A DNA stretch of 64,000 nt from an uncultured Pirellulaceae bacterium (GTDB taxonomy: Bacteria; Planctomycetota; Planctomycetia; Pirellulales; Pirellulaceae), in assembly GCA_964448575.1 (NCBI GenBank), contig CAYUWY010000037.1, positions 7,103-71,102 of the forward strand. The letters are read 5' to 3'. This document shows, in pieces, positions 51,744-60,816 of this stretch. Position numbers and translations under genes: made by a program. The notes under the pieces are model-generated. The model worked only from the letters and a program-made list of their open reading frames with translations, was not told where the DNA came from and ran no database searches. How positions within the stretch are numbered: position 1 is the first letter of the stretch; every line of letters begins with the position of its first letter.

Positions 51744-52448
51744 ATGCTTAAGCTCTATGTCTCTGTTCCTATCGCATCATTTCGCCCAGGAGCAGCTCGC
51801 GAATTTTGGGAATCCAGCCCGCTTCCACCTCCATCAACGGTTTACGGATTTCTTCTGGCGATGGTTGGTGAAACTGAACGCAAAAAGCACATTGGTGTTC
51901 GTTGTACGGCTGGTTTAATCGGACAACCAGACCGTAGCACTGTTCTGAGAAAACTCTGGCGAGTTAAGGAGCTTGGAAAAAACAAGGATGGTAGCCATGA
52001 TTTTTCTGGCATGGGAATCGGCAGTAACGTCCGTCCAGACTATCAACAGTTGCTAACCGGTGTTCGCTTGATTGTCTTTGTCGATTCATCGGAGGAACCC
52101 AATGGCACAGAAACACTTGAGTCGCGACTGCGCGTCGCACTGGATCCTGATCAGCGTGGTGCCATCCGTCGTTTCGGCGGACTTAGCCTAGGCGAGAGCA
52201 CGCACATGGTTGACGAGGTTTATAATGCATCCAAACTGGAGCCTGAAGAAGTTGAGGCTGCTGAAGTATTTCTCTGCGAATCCAATGGCAATATGACATT
52301 GCCCGTCTGGGTAGACCATGTCGGCGCAGCGGGTACGCGTTACGCAACAGGACGACTTACTGTTTTAGGCAAAGACTTGCCGACACCTGATCGCTTGCCT
52401 CAAATTGACAATGGGGATTTTTCACAGGTTGCCACTGTGACAACCTAG
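51744..52448 (+). CDS. cas5: Cas5 (DevS/Cmx5 type)
   Basis: VPIASFR..ARE, PPPSTVYGFLL, RPDYQQLL, RFGGLSLGES and LPVWVDH. Confidence 0.95.
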   Translation: MLKLYVSVPIASFRPGAAREFWESSPLPPPSTVYGFLLAMVGETERKKHIGVRCTAGLIGQPDRSTVLRKLWRVKELGKNKDGSHDFSGMGIGSNVRPDYQQLLTGVRLIVFVDSSEEPNGTETLESRLRVALDPDQRGAIRRFGGLSLGESTHMVDEVYNASKLEPEEVEAAEVFLCESNGNMTLPVWVDHVGAAGTRYATGRLTVLGKDLPTPDRLPQIDNGDFSQVATVTT

Positions 52449-52472
52449 GATAAATAGAACGTTGGGTCGACC

Positions 52473-54146
52473 ATGAAAATTGAGCGAGAAGAACCGCCTA
52501 TCCGCGTGATGGCGATCCATGCACTTGAATACTGCGAGCGTCTGTTCTATCTGGAAGAGGTCGAAGAGATTCGCGAAGCGGACGATCGGGTATACGCCGG
52601 GCGCAAGCTGCATGAGGAGCGCGTGCCGAAGCTGGACGATGAATCACGTGAGTTACGTTCCTTCGAAGTTTCATCCGATGAACTGGGCTTGTTTGGGAAA
52701 GTCGATGCAGCGCGTGTGCGTGATGGGGGCTGGATCGCTTACGAACACAAAAAAGGACGCTGTCGTCGAGCCAAAGATAAAGCCCGGACACCAGAAGTTT
52801 GGCCCAGCGATCGTCTTCAGGTGGCTGCATACGCCATGTTGCTGGAACAACAGATTGGCAAACCGGTTAAGGAAGGACGGGTCCGATACCACCAAGATTT
52901 CGTCACTGTGCAAGTCCCAATCGACGATACAGCAAGAGCGGATGTCAAAGCAGCTATCGAAAGGATGCGGAACCTTCGGCACAGCAGCCAACGTCCACCC
53001 GTCACCGATAATGAAAAACTCTGTCGCCGCTGCAGCCTGCGCGTCGTCTGCTTGCCCGAAGAAGAACGACTTGCATCCCAAAAACCTGAAACTCGCAAGA
53101 AGGCAGGATTGTTTCCTGCGCGGCGTGATCGGCGAACGCTCCATATTACTTCCGTACCCGCCACTATCAGCCGCAGCAATCGCTCACTTGTGATTGACGT
53201 TGATGGTAAAAAGAAACGGATGCCGGTTGAACAAGTCGACGCAATTTTGTTGTATGGCGGCGCTCAAATCACATCTCAAGCCCTGCACATGTGTACTTAT
53301 GAAAACGTAGCTGTCCAATGGATCAGCGGTGGGGGAAGAGTACTGGGCACTCTCGCTCCACCTGGCCGCGTACGCCAACGTATCCGACAATTCCAGGCAT
53401 TGCAGGACACTGATCTTTGTTTGAAGCTGGCTCGTCAAACGGTCAAAGCAAAGACTCAATTTCAGTTGCAATATTTGTTGCGTGGGACACGTGGAAACGA
53501 AGCGGCGCGTGAGGAGATCGCCAAGCATATTCGTTTAATCAAAGACGCGATTTCTAAAATTGACAAAGTTGGCGAAACCGATTCGCTTGGTCGGTTACGC
53601 GGGCTCGAAGGAATCGCGGCGAAATCCTATTTCAGCAGTTTTTCTTCCTTGCTCAGCGAGCGTGTGCCAGGATCAATGCGAATGACCAGACGCACCAAAC
53701 ACCCACCACGAGATCGCATCAACTGCTTGCTGTCTTTTGGTTACGCGTTGGTTTTCGGTTTGGTAAATCGGTCGTTATTGGCTGTTGGACTTGATCCAGC
53801 ATTTGGTTATTTTCATCAACCCCGTTCTGCTGCACCACCTTTAGTTATGGATGTGATGGAGATCTTTCGCACGCTGCTGTGGGAGATGCCTTTGGTCGGA
53901 AGTTTGAATCGGGGCCAGTGGAATGAAGGCTCCGATTTTGAATTGCGTCCTGGGCATGTTTGGTTGTCCGATGACGGTCGGAAAAAAGCGATTGGCTTGT
54001 TCGAAAACCGACTTGACGAGTCGTACCAGCATCCCTATTCAGGCCAGTCGCTGGAGTATGGACGAATGGTCGAACTGGAAATACGACTGCTAGAGAAAGA
54101 ATGGACCGGCTGTCCAGATTTGTATGGTCAACTGAAAATCAGGTAG
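52473..54146 (+). CDS. cas1: Cas4-Cas1 fusion (Myxan type)
   Basis: Cas4 motifs YCERLFY, GKVD, EHKKG and CRRCSL..C. Cas1 motifs LRGLEG, N.LLSFGY, GYFH and DVME.FR. Confidence 0.95.
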   Translation: MKIEREEPPIRVMAIHALEYCERLFYLEEVEEIREADDRVYAGRKLHEERVPKLDDESRELRSFEVSSDELGLFGKVDAARVRDGGWIAYEHKKGRCRRAKDKARTPEVWPSDRLQVAAYAMLLEQQIGKPVKEGRVRYHQDFVTVQVPIDDTARADVKAAIERMRNLRHSSQRPPVTDNEKLCRRCSLRVVCLPEEERLASQKPETRKKAGLFPARRDRRTLHITSVPATISRSNRSLVIDVDGKKKRMPVEQVDAILLYGGAQITSQALHMCTYENVAVQWISGGGRVLGTLAPPGRVRQRIRQFQALQDTDLCLKLARQTVKAKTQFQLQYLLRGTRGNEAAREEIAKHIRLIKDAISKIDKVGETDSLGRLRGLEGIAAKSYFSSFSSLLSERVPGSMRMTRRTKHPPRDRINCLLSFGYALVFGLVNRSLLAVGLDPAFGYFHQPRSAAPPLVMDVMEIFRTLLWEMPLVGSLNRGQWNEGSDFELRPGHVWLSDDGRKKAIGLFENRLDESYQHPYSGQSLEYGRMVELEIRLLEKEWTGCPDLYGQLKIR

Positions 54147-54151
54147 GAACA

Positions 54152-54448
54152 ATGGCAATATCGAATTGGCATTTGATTGCTTACGACGTACGGGATCCCA
54201 AGCGGTTGCGGAAGACGGCAAAGCTACTTGAAGGATATGGTGAGCGGGTTCAGTTCAGCATTTTTCGAGTACGAGTAACGAAGCACAAATTGGAAAAAAT
54301 TCGCTGGGAACTGTCACAGATCTTGTTTGAAGTAGACGATCTATTGATAATCCCATTGTGTTCTCAATGTTCTTCAAAAATCCCCAAGCTATCACAGGGT
54401 AATCATGATTCTTGGGCTGAGGATCCGCCAACATTTGACATTCTCTGA
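54152..54448 (+). CDS. cas2: Cas2
   Basis: LIAYDVRDPKRLR..GYGERVQFSIF. Confidence 0.95.
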   Translation: MAISNWHLIAYDVRDPKRLRKTAKLLEGYGERVQFSIFRVRVTKHKLEKIRWELSQILFEVDDLLIIPLCSQCSSKIPKLSQGNHDSWAEDPPTFDIL

Positions 54449-54710
54449 TCGCTACTTTCCGACTCATGGATTGCAGCTTGGCGGAGCCAACTGACGTTGC
54501 ATCTTTCGGTTTACTCGTGTTTTCAGTTCCCTTTTCTATTTCTGTGGAATTACAACACATGAATTTGAGTCTATCACAGTTTTTGCCAGTTGAAATGAGC
54601 AGCGATCTTTCATCAGCAGTGGCAAACGTCTCAAAAGATACGCCATTGACCAATGAGCTTGATTTGAGGCATCTTAAAGACCGGATTCCACGTGAGTTAC
54701 AGCTGATGCT
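54449..54710 (+). promoter_or_regulatory. CRISPR leader
   Basis: Non-coding stretch between cas2 and the first repeat. Orientation inferred from the repeat ending GTTGAGCAC, as in Cmx8-type I-B systems. Confidence 0.65.
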
Positions 54711-57700
54711 GTGATTGATTCGTTTACGCCGTCAGGCGTTGAGCACTTTTTTTGGCCAACGGTGAAGGAGGCTTGTCGACTGTGATTGATTCGTTTACGC
54801 CGTCAGGCGTTGAGCACTGTGAAAGCGCTCTAAGTAAAGCCTAGAGATCGTGTGATTGATTCGTTTACGCCGTCAGGCGTTGAGCACTCGCACTTGCATG
54901 TGATCAAAGCATTTCCAACCCGGTGATTGATTCGTTTACGCCGTCAGGCGTTGAGCACACCGGGAAAAGCTGAAGCGAATTGCCGAGTTGGCTTTGGTGA
55001 TTGATTCGTTTACGCCGTCAGGCGTTGAGCACTTCGCCCATGTCTCGCCAGTGCTGAACGTGTACAGTGATTGATTCGTTTACGCCGTCAGGCGTTGAGC
55101 ACCACAACATTGGTTCATTTGAAAATCACTTTGGACGCGTGATTGATTCGTTTACGCCGTCAGGCGTTGAGCACAAGAGTTCACCGCGTGGTCAGCATCA
55201 ATCAAAACCAGTGATTGATTCGTTTACGCCGTCAGGCGTTGAGCACTGGGTTCGATTTCTGCCTGAATTCACCTTCGATTTTGTGATTGATTCGTTTACG
55301 CCGTCAGGCGTTGAGCACGAAGAGACGCTCGGACCCAACACCGTCCACGCAGCTGGTGATTGATTCGTTTACGCCGTCAGGCGTTGAGCACGACGAAGCC
55401 GAGCAGGGTGATGACATCGCGTTGGCCGTGATTGATTCGTTTACGCCGTCAGGCGTTGAGCACTTCGTATATTGCTGGCAGCACTTGGACATTTTTTTGT
55501 GATTGATTCGTTTACGCCGTCAGGCGTTGAGCACATTACCACCACGAACGCATCGCCGATTTCTTTTTGTGATTGATTCGTTTACGCCGTCAGGCGTTGA
55601 GCACGCCGGTCCAGACAAATCCATTTCGATGGTCATGCCGTGATTGATTCGTTTACGCCGTCAGGCGTCGAGCACGGTTACGACTGGTGTTTTTGCACAT
55701 CACCAAGTCAAGTGATTGATTCGTTTACGCCGTCAGGCGTTGAGCACCTCGCCAAACATACGGGCGTTGGCCAAGGTGGCGTTGAGTGATTGATTCGTTT
55801 ACGCCGTCAGGCGTTGAGCACTAAGGAACACCAGATCGCATTAACTTTGCCATTTTTGTGATTGATTCGTTTACGCCGTCAGGCGTTGAGCACATCTGCG
55901 TCCACGTGTCTCCGTTCGGGGCTAAGTCCTGTGATTGATTCGTTTACGCCGTCAGGCGTTGAGCACAAGACGGTCTGGATGGGAACTGGGATATTCCCGG
56001 CCTGTGATTGATTCGTTTACGCCGTCAGGCGTTGAGCACGAACCAGTATCGATGCCCATCAGAATTTGAAGCTCAGGTGATTGATTCGTTTACGCCGTCA
56101 GGCGTTGAGCACTTGAATGCTCAAACTGTGACAAGTCATCATCGGCTGGTGATTGATTCGTTTACGCCGTCAGGCGTTGAGCACATGAGCAAGGTTGGTT
56201 CCACAGCCATCAAGGGATTGTGATTGATTCGTTTACGCCGTCAGGCGTTGAGCACACGATGAACAAGGCCGCGACTCTGATCAAAGAGGGTGATTGATTC
56301 GTTTACGCCGTCAGGCGTTGAGCACTACGTCACACCATCAGGTGAAGTCGGTTCGGTCGGTGATTGATTCGTTTACGCCGTCAGGCGTTGAGCACTTGAA
56401 AGCGGACTTGCGTGTTTCATTGCTGACATGGTTGTGATTGATTCGTTTACGCCGTCAGGCGTTGAGCACTTATGGTTACTGAATCATTTGCCAGCAATCT
56501 ATCGTGATTGATTCGTTTACGCCGTCAGGCGTTGAGCACTCGACCGACCCAGATTTTGCAGTCGATCCAACATTGTGATTGATTCGTTTACGCCGTCAGG
56601 CGTTGAGCACACGGCACGACAACATGGGAACGACTTGACGGCGGCGGTGATTGATTCGTTTACGCCGTCAGGCGTTGAGCACGGATACTGCAAAAGGCAA
56701 TGCTGCTGACAGAGTTCGTGATTGATTCGTTTACGCCGTCAGGCGTTGAGCACATCTACGGAAAACTAACTGATCACACTGAAATTTTTGTGATTGATTC
56801 GTTTACGCCGTCAGGCGTTGAGCACACTACCAGAGACCGCCAAGCAAGCGTAAAGCGCCGGTGATTGATTCGTTTACGCCGTCAGGCGTTGAGCACTCGC
56901 TCGCAGAGTAGGTGCTGACCTGGTTCAGATCAGGTGATTGATTCGTTTACGCCGTCAGGCGTTGAGCACTCATTTCTTCGGCGGGATTGGCGGATGGCAA
57001 TACGCAGTGATTGATTCGTTTACGCCGTCAGGCGTTGAGCACGACGTCGCGATGAAGCATTACTTGATGGTGACAGAGGGTGATTGATTCGTTTACGCCG
57101 TCAGGCGTTGAGCACCACGTTGACCATCGCACGAAAGAGCGGGCTAGGATGTGATTGATTCGTTTACGCCGTCAGGCGTTGAGCACATATGGCTGACTTG
57201 GTCGAATACATTTCGTCGCATGTGATTGATTCGTTTACGCCGTCAGGCGTTGAGCACAATTCTCCAAGCTCCGTTTCCGCCATCCAACGACGAGTGATTG
57301 ATTCGTTTACGCCGTCAGGCGTTGAGCACATGTTGGCGGGTTCTTTATTGCAGGCAATGACGAAGGTGATTGATTCGTTTACGCCGTCAGGCGTTGAGCA
57401 CGGTTGGTGAAAATTCGCGTTGGTGCACACAGTTTAGGTGATTGATTCGTTTACGCCGTCAGGCGTTGAGCACTCCTGAGGATTGTTACACTCAATAGCC
57501 CCGCCACTTGGTGATTGATTCGTTTACGCCGTCAGGCGTTGAGCACAACGTTGTGTCCGGCAGATCAAGGTCTGAATCGGTTGTGATTGATTCGTTTACG
57601 CCGTCAGGCGTTGAGCACTACACTCGCGGCTCTCCTCGATGTGTTTGGCCGTGTGATTGATTCGTTTACGCCGTCAGGCGTTGAGCACGGCTTGGAGGTG

Positions 57701-57757
57701 CCTGCGTCTGATTTTTTTATCGTGATTGATTCGTTTACGCCGTCAGGCGTTGAGCAC
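54711..57757 (+). CRISPR. CRISPR array, 43 repeats and 42 spacers (33-38 nt)
   Basis: 36-nt repeat GTGATTGATTCGTTTACGCCGTCAGGCGTTGAGCAC with an ACGCC/GGCGT stem. One variant (T>C at 55669, repeat 14). Counted by hand. Confidence 0.99.
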
Positions 57758-57783
57758 TAATCGGGATTTTAAGGTCAGTCCGC

Positions 57784-57836
57784 TCATCTCCAGCCGTTTG
57801 TCATTTTATGGTGTTGTTGGAATGCAGTTAGTCCGA
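57784..57836 (+). repeat. Right copy of ~52-bp direct repeat
   Basis: Matches 44830-44881 and begins 26 bp after the last CRISPR repeat. Confidence 0.9.
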
Positions 57837-57884
57837 TTAAATTTATATGCGCGTACACAATGCTATAGCTTAAGTGAGTCAACG

Positions 57885-59264
57885 GTGAACATTCTTGCTC
57901 AGAACGCGCTCCTGCCAAACGGTTGGGCCAAAAACGTATTCGTTAGCTTTGATGCTGATGGAGGCTTGATCGACCAAGTCATTGCTGAGCCTGGGCCAGA
58001 GTTGCTTTCAAGTGTTGGCATCACCGTTCCGATGCTTTTGCCTGCTCCTGTCAATGTCCACAGTCATGCGTTTCAGCGGGCAATGGCAGGTCTGACGGAA
58101 CACCAAGGCCCAAACGCCGATGACAATTTTTGGACTTGGCGAAATCTGATGTTTCGATTTTTGGAACAGCTTACGCCGGAGCACGTCGAATCGATCACCG
58201 CGTTGGTTCAAATGGAGATGTTGGAATCGGGCTATGCCACCAATGTTGAGTTTCATTACCTTCACCATCAAACGGACGGCACTCCATTTGATAATCCTGC
58301 CGAGATGTGTGACGGCGTGATTGCGGCGGCCCAGCAAACGGGGATTGGCCTGACGTTGCTTCCAGTTCACTATCAGTTTGGAGGCTGTGATCAACGAGGG
58401 TTGGGGGCCGGCCAAATTCGTTTTGGAACGGACCTTCCGCAATTTCAAGATCTGCATTCTCGCGCCGCTAAATCGCTAAAACAGCTTTCGCGCGATTGTC
58501 GGATGGGGCTTGCGCCTCACAGCCTGCGGGCGGTTGGTGCGGAGCAATTAAAGGAGCTTGTGTCATGGGCGGGCAGCGATCCAATTCATCTTCATTTAGC
58601 TGAACAAATCGCCGAGGTGGAAGAAGTTGTCCAATCTCGTGGTTTGCGGCCTGTGGAGTGGTTGCTTGAAAACGTTGAAGTGGATGGTCAGTTTTGTCTG
58701 ATTCATTGCACACAAATGCTGGCCCACGAAACAGAAAGCTTGGCTCGCACGGGCGCGGTGGCGGGGCTTTGTCCAATCACTGAATCGAATCTCGGAGACG
58801 GGATCTTCGATTGCGTCCGGTGGCTTTCGGAGGATGGAAAATTGGCGGTCGGGTCTGATTCCAACATACGAATTTCGCTTTCGGAAGAACTAAGAACGCT
58901 CGACTATTCACAACGGCTTCGCGATCACTCGCGGGCTCCGTTTGCTACGTCTGAAAAATCGTCAGGTCGAGCGATGTTTGACGCCACGGTTGCGGGCGGT
59001 GCTCAAGCGGCTGGTCGAGACAGCGGGCGGATCGAAGCTGGCCGACTGGCGGATCTGTTGGCTCTTGCGGACGACAATGTTTATTTGTCAGGAGCCGAGG
59101 GCGATCAGATTTTGGACCGTTTTATTTTTGCGGGCGATGATTCTTTGGTCGCCGAGGTTTGGTCCGCTGGCAGGCATGTCGTGACTGGCGGAAAGCATGT
59201 GCAGCATGATCAAATCGTCAGTCGTTATCTCGATGTTGCGAAACAGTTGATGAGTGCGATTTGA
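57885..59264 (+). CDS. hutF: Formimidoylglutamate deiminase
   Basis: NVHSHAFQRAMAGL, EFHYLHH, APHSLRAV, HLAEQ, CPITESNLGDG and GSDSN. GTG start at 57885. Confidence 0.95.
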   Translation: MNILAQNALLPNGWAKNVFVSFDADGGLIDQVIAEPGPELLSSVGITVPMLLPAPVNVHSHAFQRAMAGLTEHQGPNADDNFWTWRNLMFRFLEQLTPEHVESITALVQMEMLESGYATNVEFHYLHHQTDGTPFDNPAEMCDGVIAAAQQTGIGLTLLPVHYQFGGCDQRGLGAGQIRFGTDLPQFQDLHSRAAKSLKQLSRDCRMGLAPHSLRAVGAEQLKELVSWAGSDPIHLHLAEQIAEVEEVVQSRGLRPVEWLLENVEVDGQFCLIHCTQMLAHETESLARTGAVAGLCPITESNLGDGIFDCVRWLSEDGKLAVGSDSNIRISLSEELRTLDYSQRLRDHSRAPFATSEKSSGRAMFDATVAGGAQAAGRDSGRIEAGRLADLLALADDNVYLSGAEGDQILDRFIFAGDDSLVAEVWSAGRHVVTGGKHVQHDQIVSRYLDVAKQLMSAI

Positions 59265-59307
59265 TTCGCTACGCCATCCTGTGAGCCAACCACGGCTGCG
59301 GATGGAC

Positions 59308-59412
59308 TAACCACAGAGGACACAGAGGACACAGAGGACACAGAGGAGCACAGAGGAGCACAGAGAGTTGCGCTCGTAAATCTCTGTGTACTTCCGTGTC
59401 CTCTGTGGTTAA
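59308..59412. repeat. ACCACAGAGG/CACAGAGG tandem-plus-inverted REP-like element
   Basis: TAACCACAGAGG(ACACAGAGG)n arm pairs with CTCTGTG..CCTCTGTGGTTAA. Further GTGGTTAA ends occur up to about 59485. Confidence 0.8.
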
Positions 59413-59620
59413 TTTTCTACGCCGCTGCATCGGAAATCTTCTGTGGTTAATTTCAGGTGCTGTGTCTTCTGCGGTCAGTGGTTAACCTTCTTTTCAAAAC
59501 AGCGTTCGATTGTTTTTTTGCATCGGGCAGTCAAAACAATTATGATGAGCGGTATCGACGTGATCCAAACCTTGCTCTAACTATTTCCGCGTGTAAGCTC
59601 GCTTTTGCAAGTTTGCTCAA

Positions 59621-60766
59621 ATGGATGCGAACGAAACGATGACTGATCGAAAAACGATTGTTCCGGATGCTGAAACTCAACGTTCAGTCGAACAAGAAGG
59701 TATCTGGCAACAGATTCAGCAACATTTTCAAACGATGCAATCGTCGCTTTCGGTGCGGCTGGTTTGTGAAGGCAAACCTGTGCAAACGGTCGATGAGATC
59801 CGATCGGGAATTAAAGAAGCCGCCCGTCTGTTCGCGTTGCAAAATAGTCCAATCGAAGCCGAAGAGTTGGTTGCCAGCCAGGAAAATGCCTTTGTTCGAA
59901 AAAGCCAGCAATGGGAGCAAGTCGCCCGCGCTGCCGAAGCACGCGAACGAGCCAAGGCGACTGGAGGAATTGCTGGATCGTCTTCTGCGGCCAATCGTCG
60001 GAAGCTGGAAACCGAACACAATCGTATCAGGCATCAGATCACAAACGTAAAACAATGTCTTCGACGTCTGCGAACGGCGCTAAATCGAGGCGTTGGATTT
60101 GAACAGAAAAGTCCGCTTGATCAGGATGGCGAGCAGGAATCCGAAACTCAAGTTGATTCGATTCTTGATACAGCGGAATTGTCGAGTATCGCGTCGGATC
60201 AATTGGCAACAGGCAACGAAGCAGCGACAGTAGATTCCCCGTCCAGCGAAACGATCGAAGAAGTTAAACAAGTAAGTAAATTCTTGACTTGTTTTCAGAA
60301 TATGCTTGGTGACGGTTTGTCGCTTGAATATAAGGACGCCCCGTTTCTTGACCCGTTCAGTGATGCGGGAGTTCGATCACGGGAAGCCATCTGGGCGGAT
60401 GGGTTTGCGTATTGTTTGGTTGTGCAGTGGGAAGACGGCCCCGAAAATTTGCTGATTCTAAAGTTTTGGATTGTTCCAAAGCGGCCCGAGTTGGTCGAGG
60501 AGTTACAGTCCGACGAGCTGCCTAGTTTCTTTCTTCACAACAATCAAACGCGAGCCGCGGATAAATTGCAATTCGAATTGGTTGGGCATAGCAGCCAAAA
60601 TGGGCCGCTGACAAGTGAAATGAATCAGCTTTTTACTCGAATTGAATCAGACCGTTTCCTGGCGTCGGATCAAAAAATTCGGCTTTGCTATTTGACTTGC
60701 TCGTACGATACAAAAGTCAATTTTGATGCGGCGATTGCGGAGACTTTTTTGTTGGAAGTTTTGTAG
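59621..60766 (+). CDS. Hypothetical protein with coiled-coil N-terminal half
   Basis: 381-aa ORF with no recognised motif. Confidence 0.6.
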   Translation: MDANETMTDRKTIVPDAETQRSVEQEGIWQQIQQHFQTMQSSLSVRLVCEGKPVQTVDEIRSGIKEAARLFALQNSPIEAEELVASQENAFVRKSQQWEQVARAAEARERAKATGGIAGSSSAANRRKLETEHNRIRHQITNVKQCLRRLRTALNRGVGFEQKSPLDQDGEQESETQVDSILDTAELSSIASDQLATGNEAATVDSPSSETIEEVKQVSKFLTCFQNMLGDGLSLEYKDAPFLDPFSDAGVRSREAIWADGFAYCLVVQWEDGPENLLILKFWIVPKRPELVEELQSDELPSFFLHNNQTRAADKLQFELVGHSSQNGPLTSEMNQLFTRIESDRFLASDQKIRLCYLTCSYDTKVNFDAAIAETFLLEVL

Positions 60767-60816
60767 CTGATCGCATTGAAGGGAAGCAGCCAAAAAGCGA
60801 GAGATCGATTGACTTG

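Noticed and set aside
54255-54714. ORFs in the CRISPR leader
   Set aside because: No motifs or RBS, and the position fits a non-coding leader.
54747-54781. Spacer 1 shares TTTGGCCAACGG with the REPIN arm
   Set aside because: Only 12 nt match, the rest is unrelated and there is no ATG PAM. I saw no full self-targeting spacer in the window by eye.
55067-57430. ORFs containing VIDSFTPSGVEH or CSTPDGVNESIT repeats
   Set aside because: They are translations of the CRISPR repeats.
57842-57860. TTTATATGCGCGTACACAA as a HutC operator
   Set aside because: It is only a weak palindrome, and there is no hutC in the window.
57726-57884. N-terminal extension of hutF in the ORF track
   Set aside because: It begins inside the last CRISPR repeat. 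HutF-like sequence starts at the GTG at 57885.
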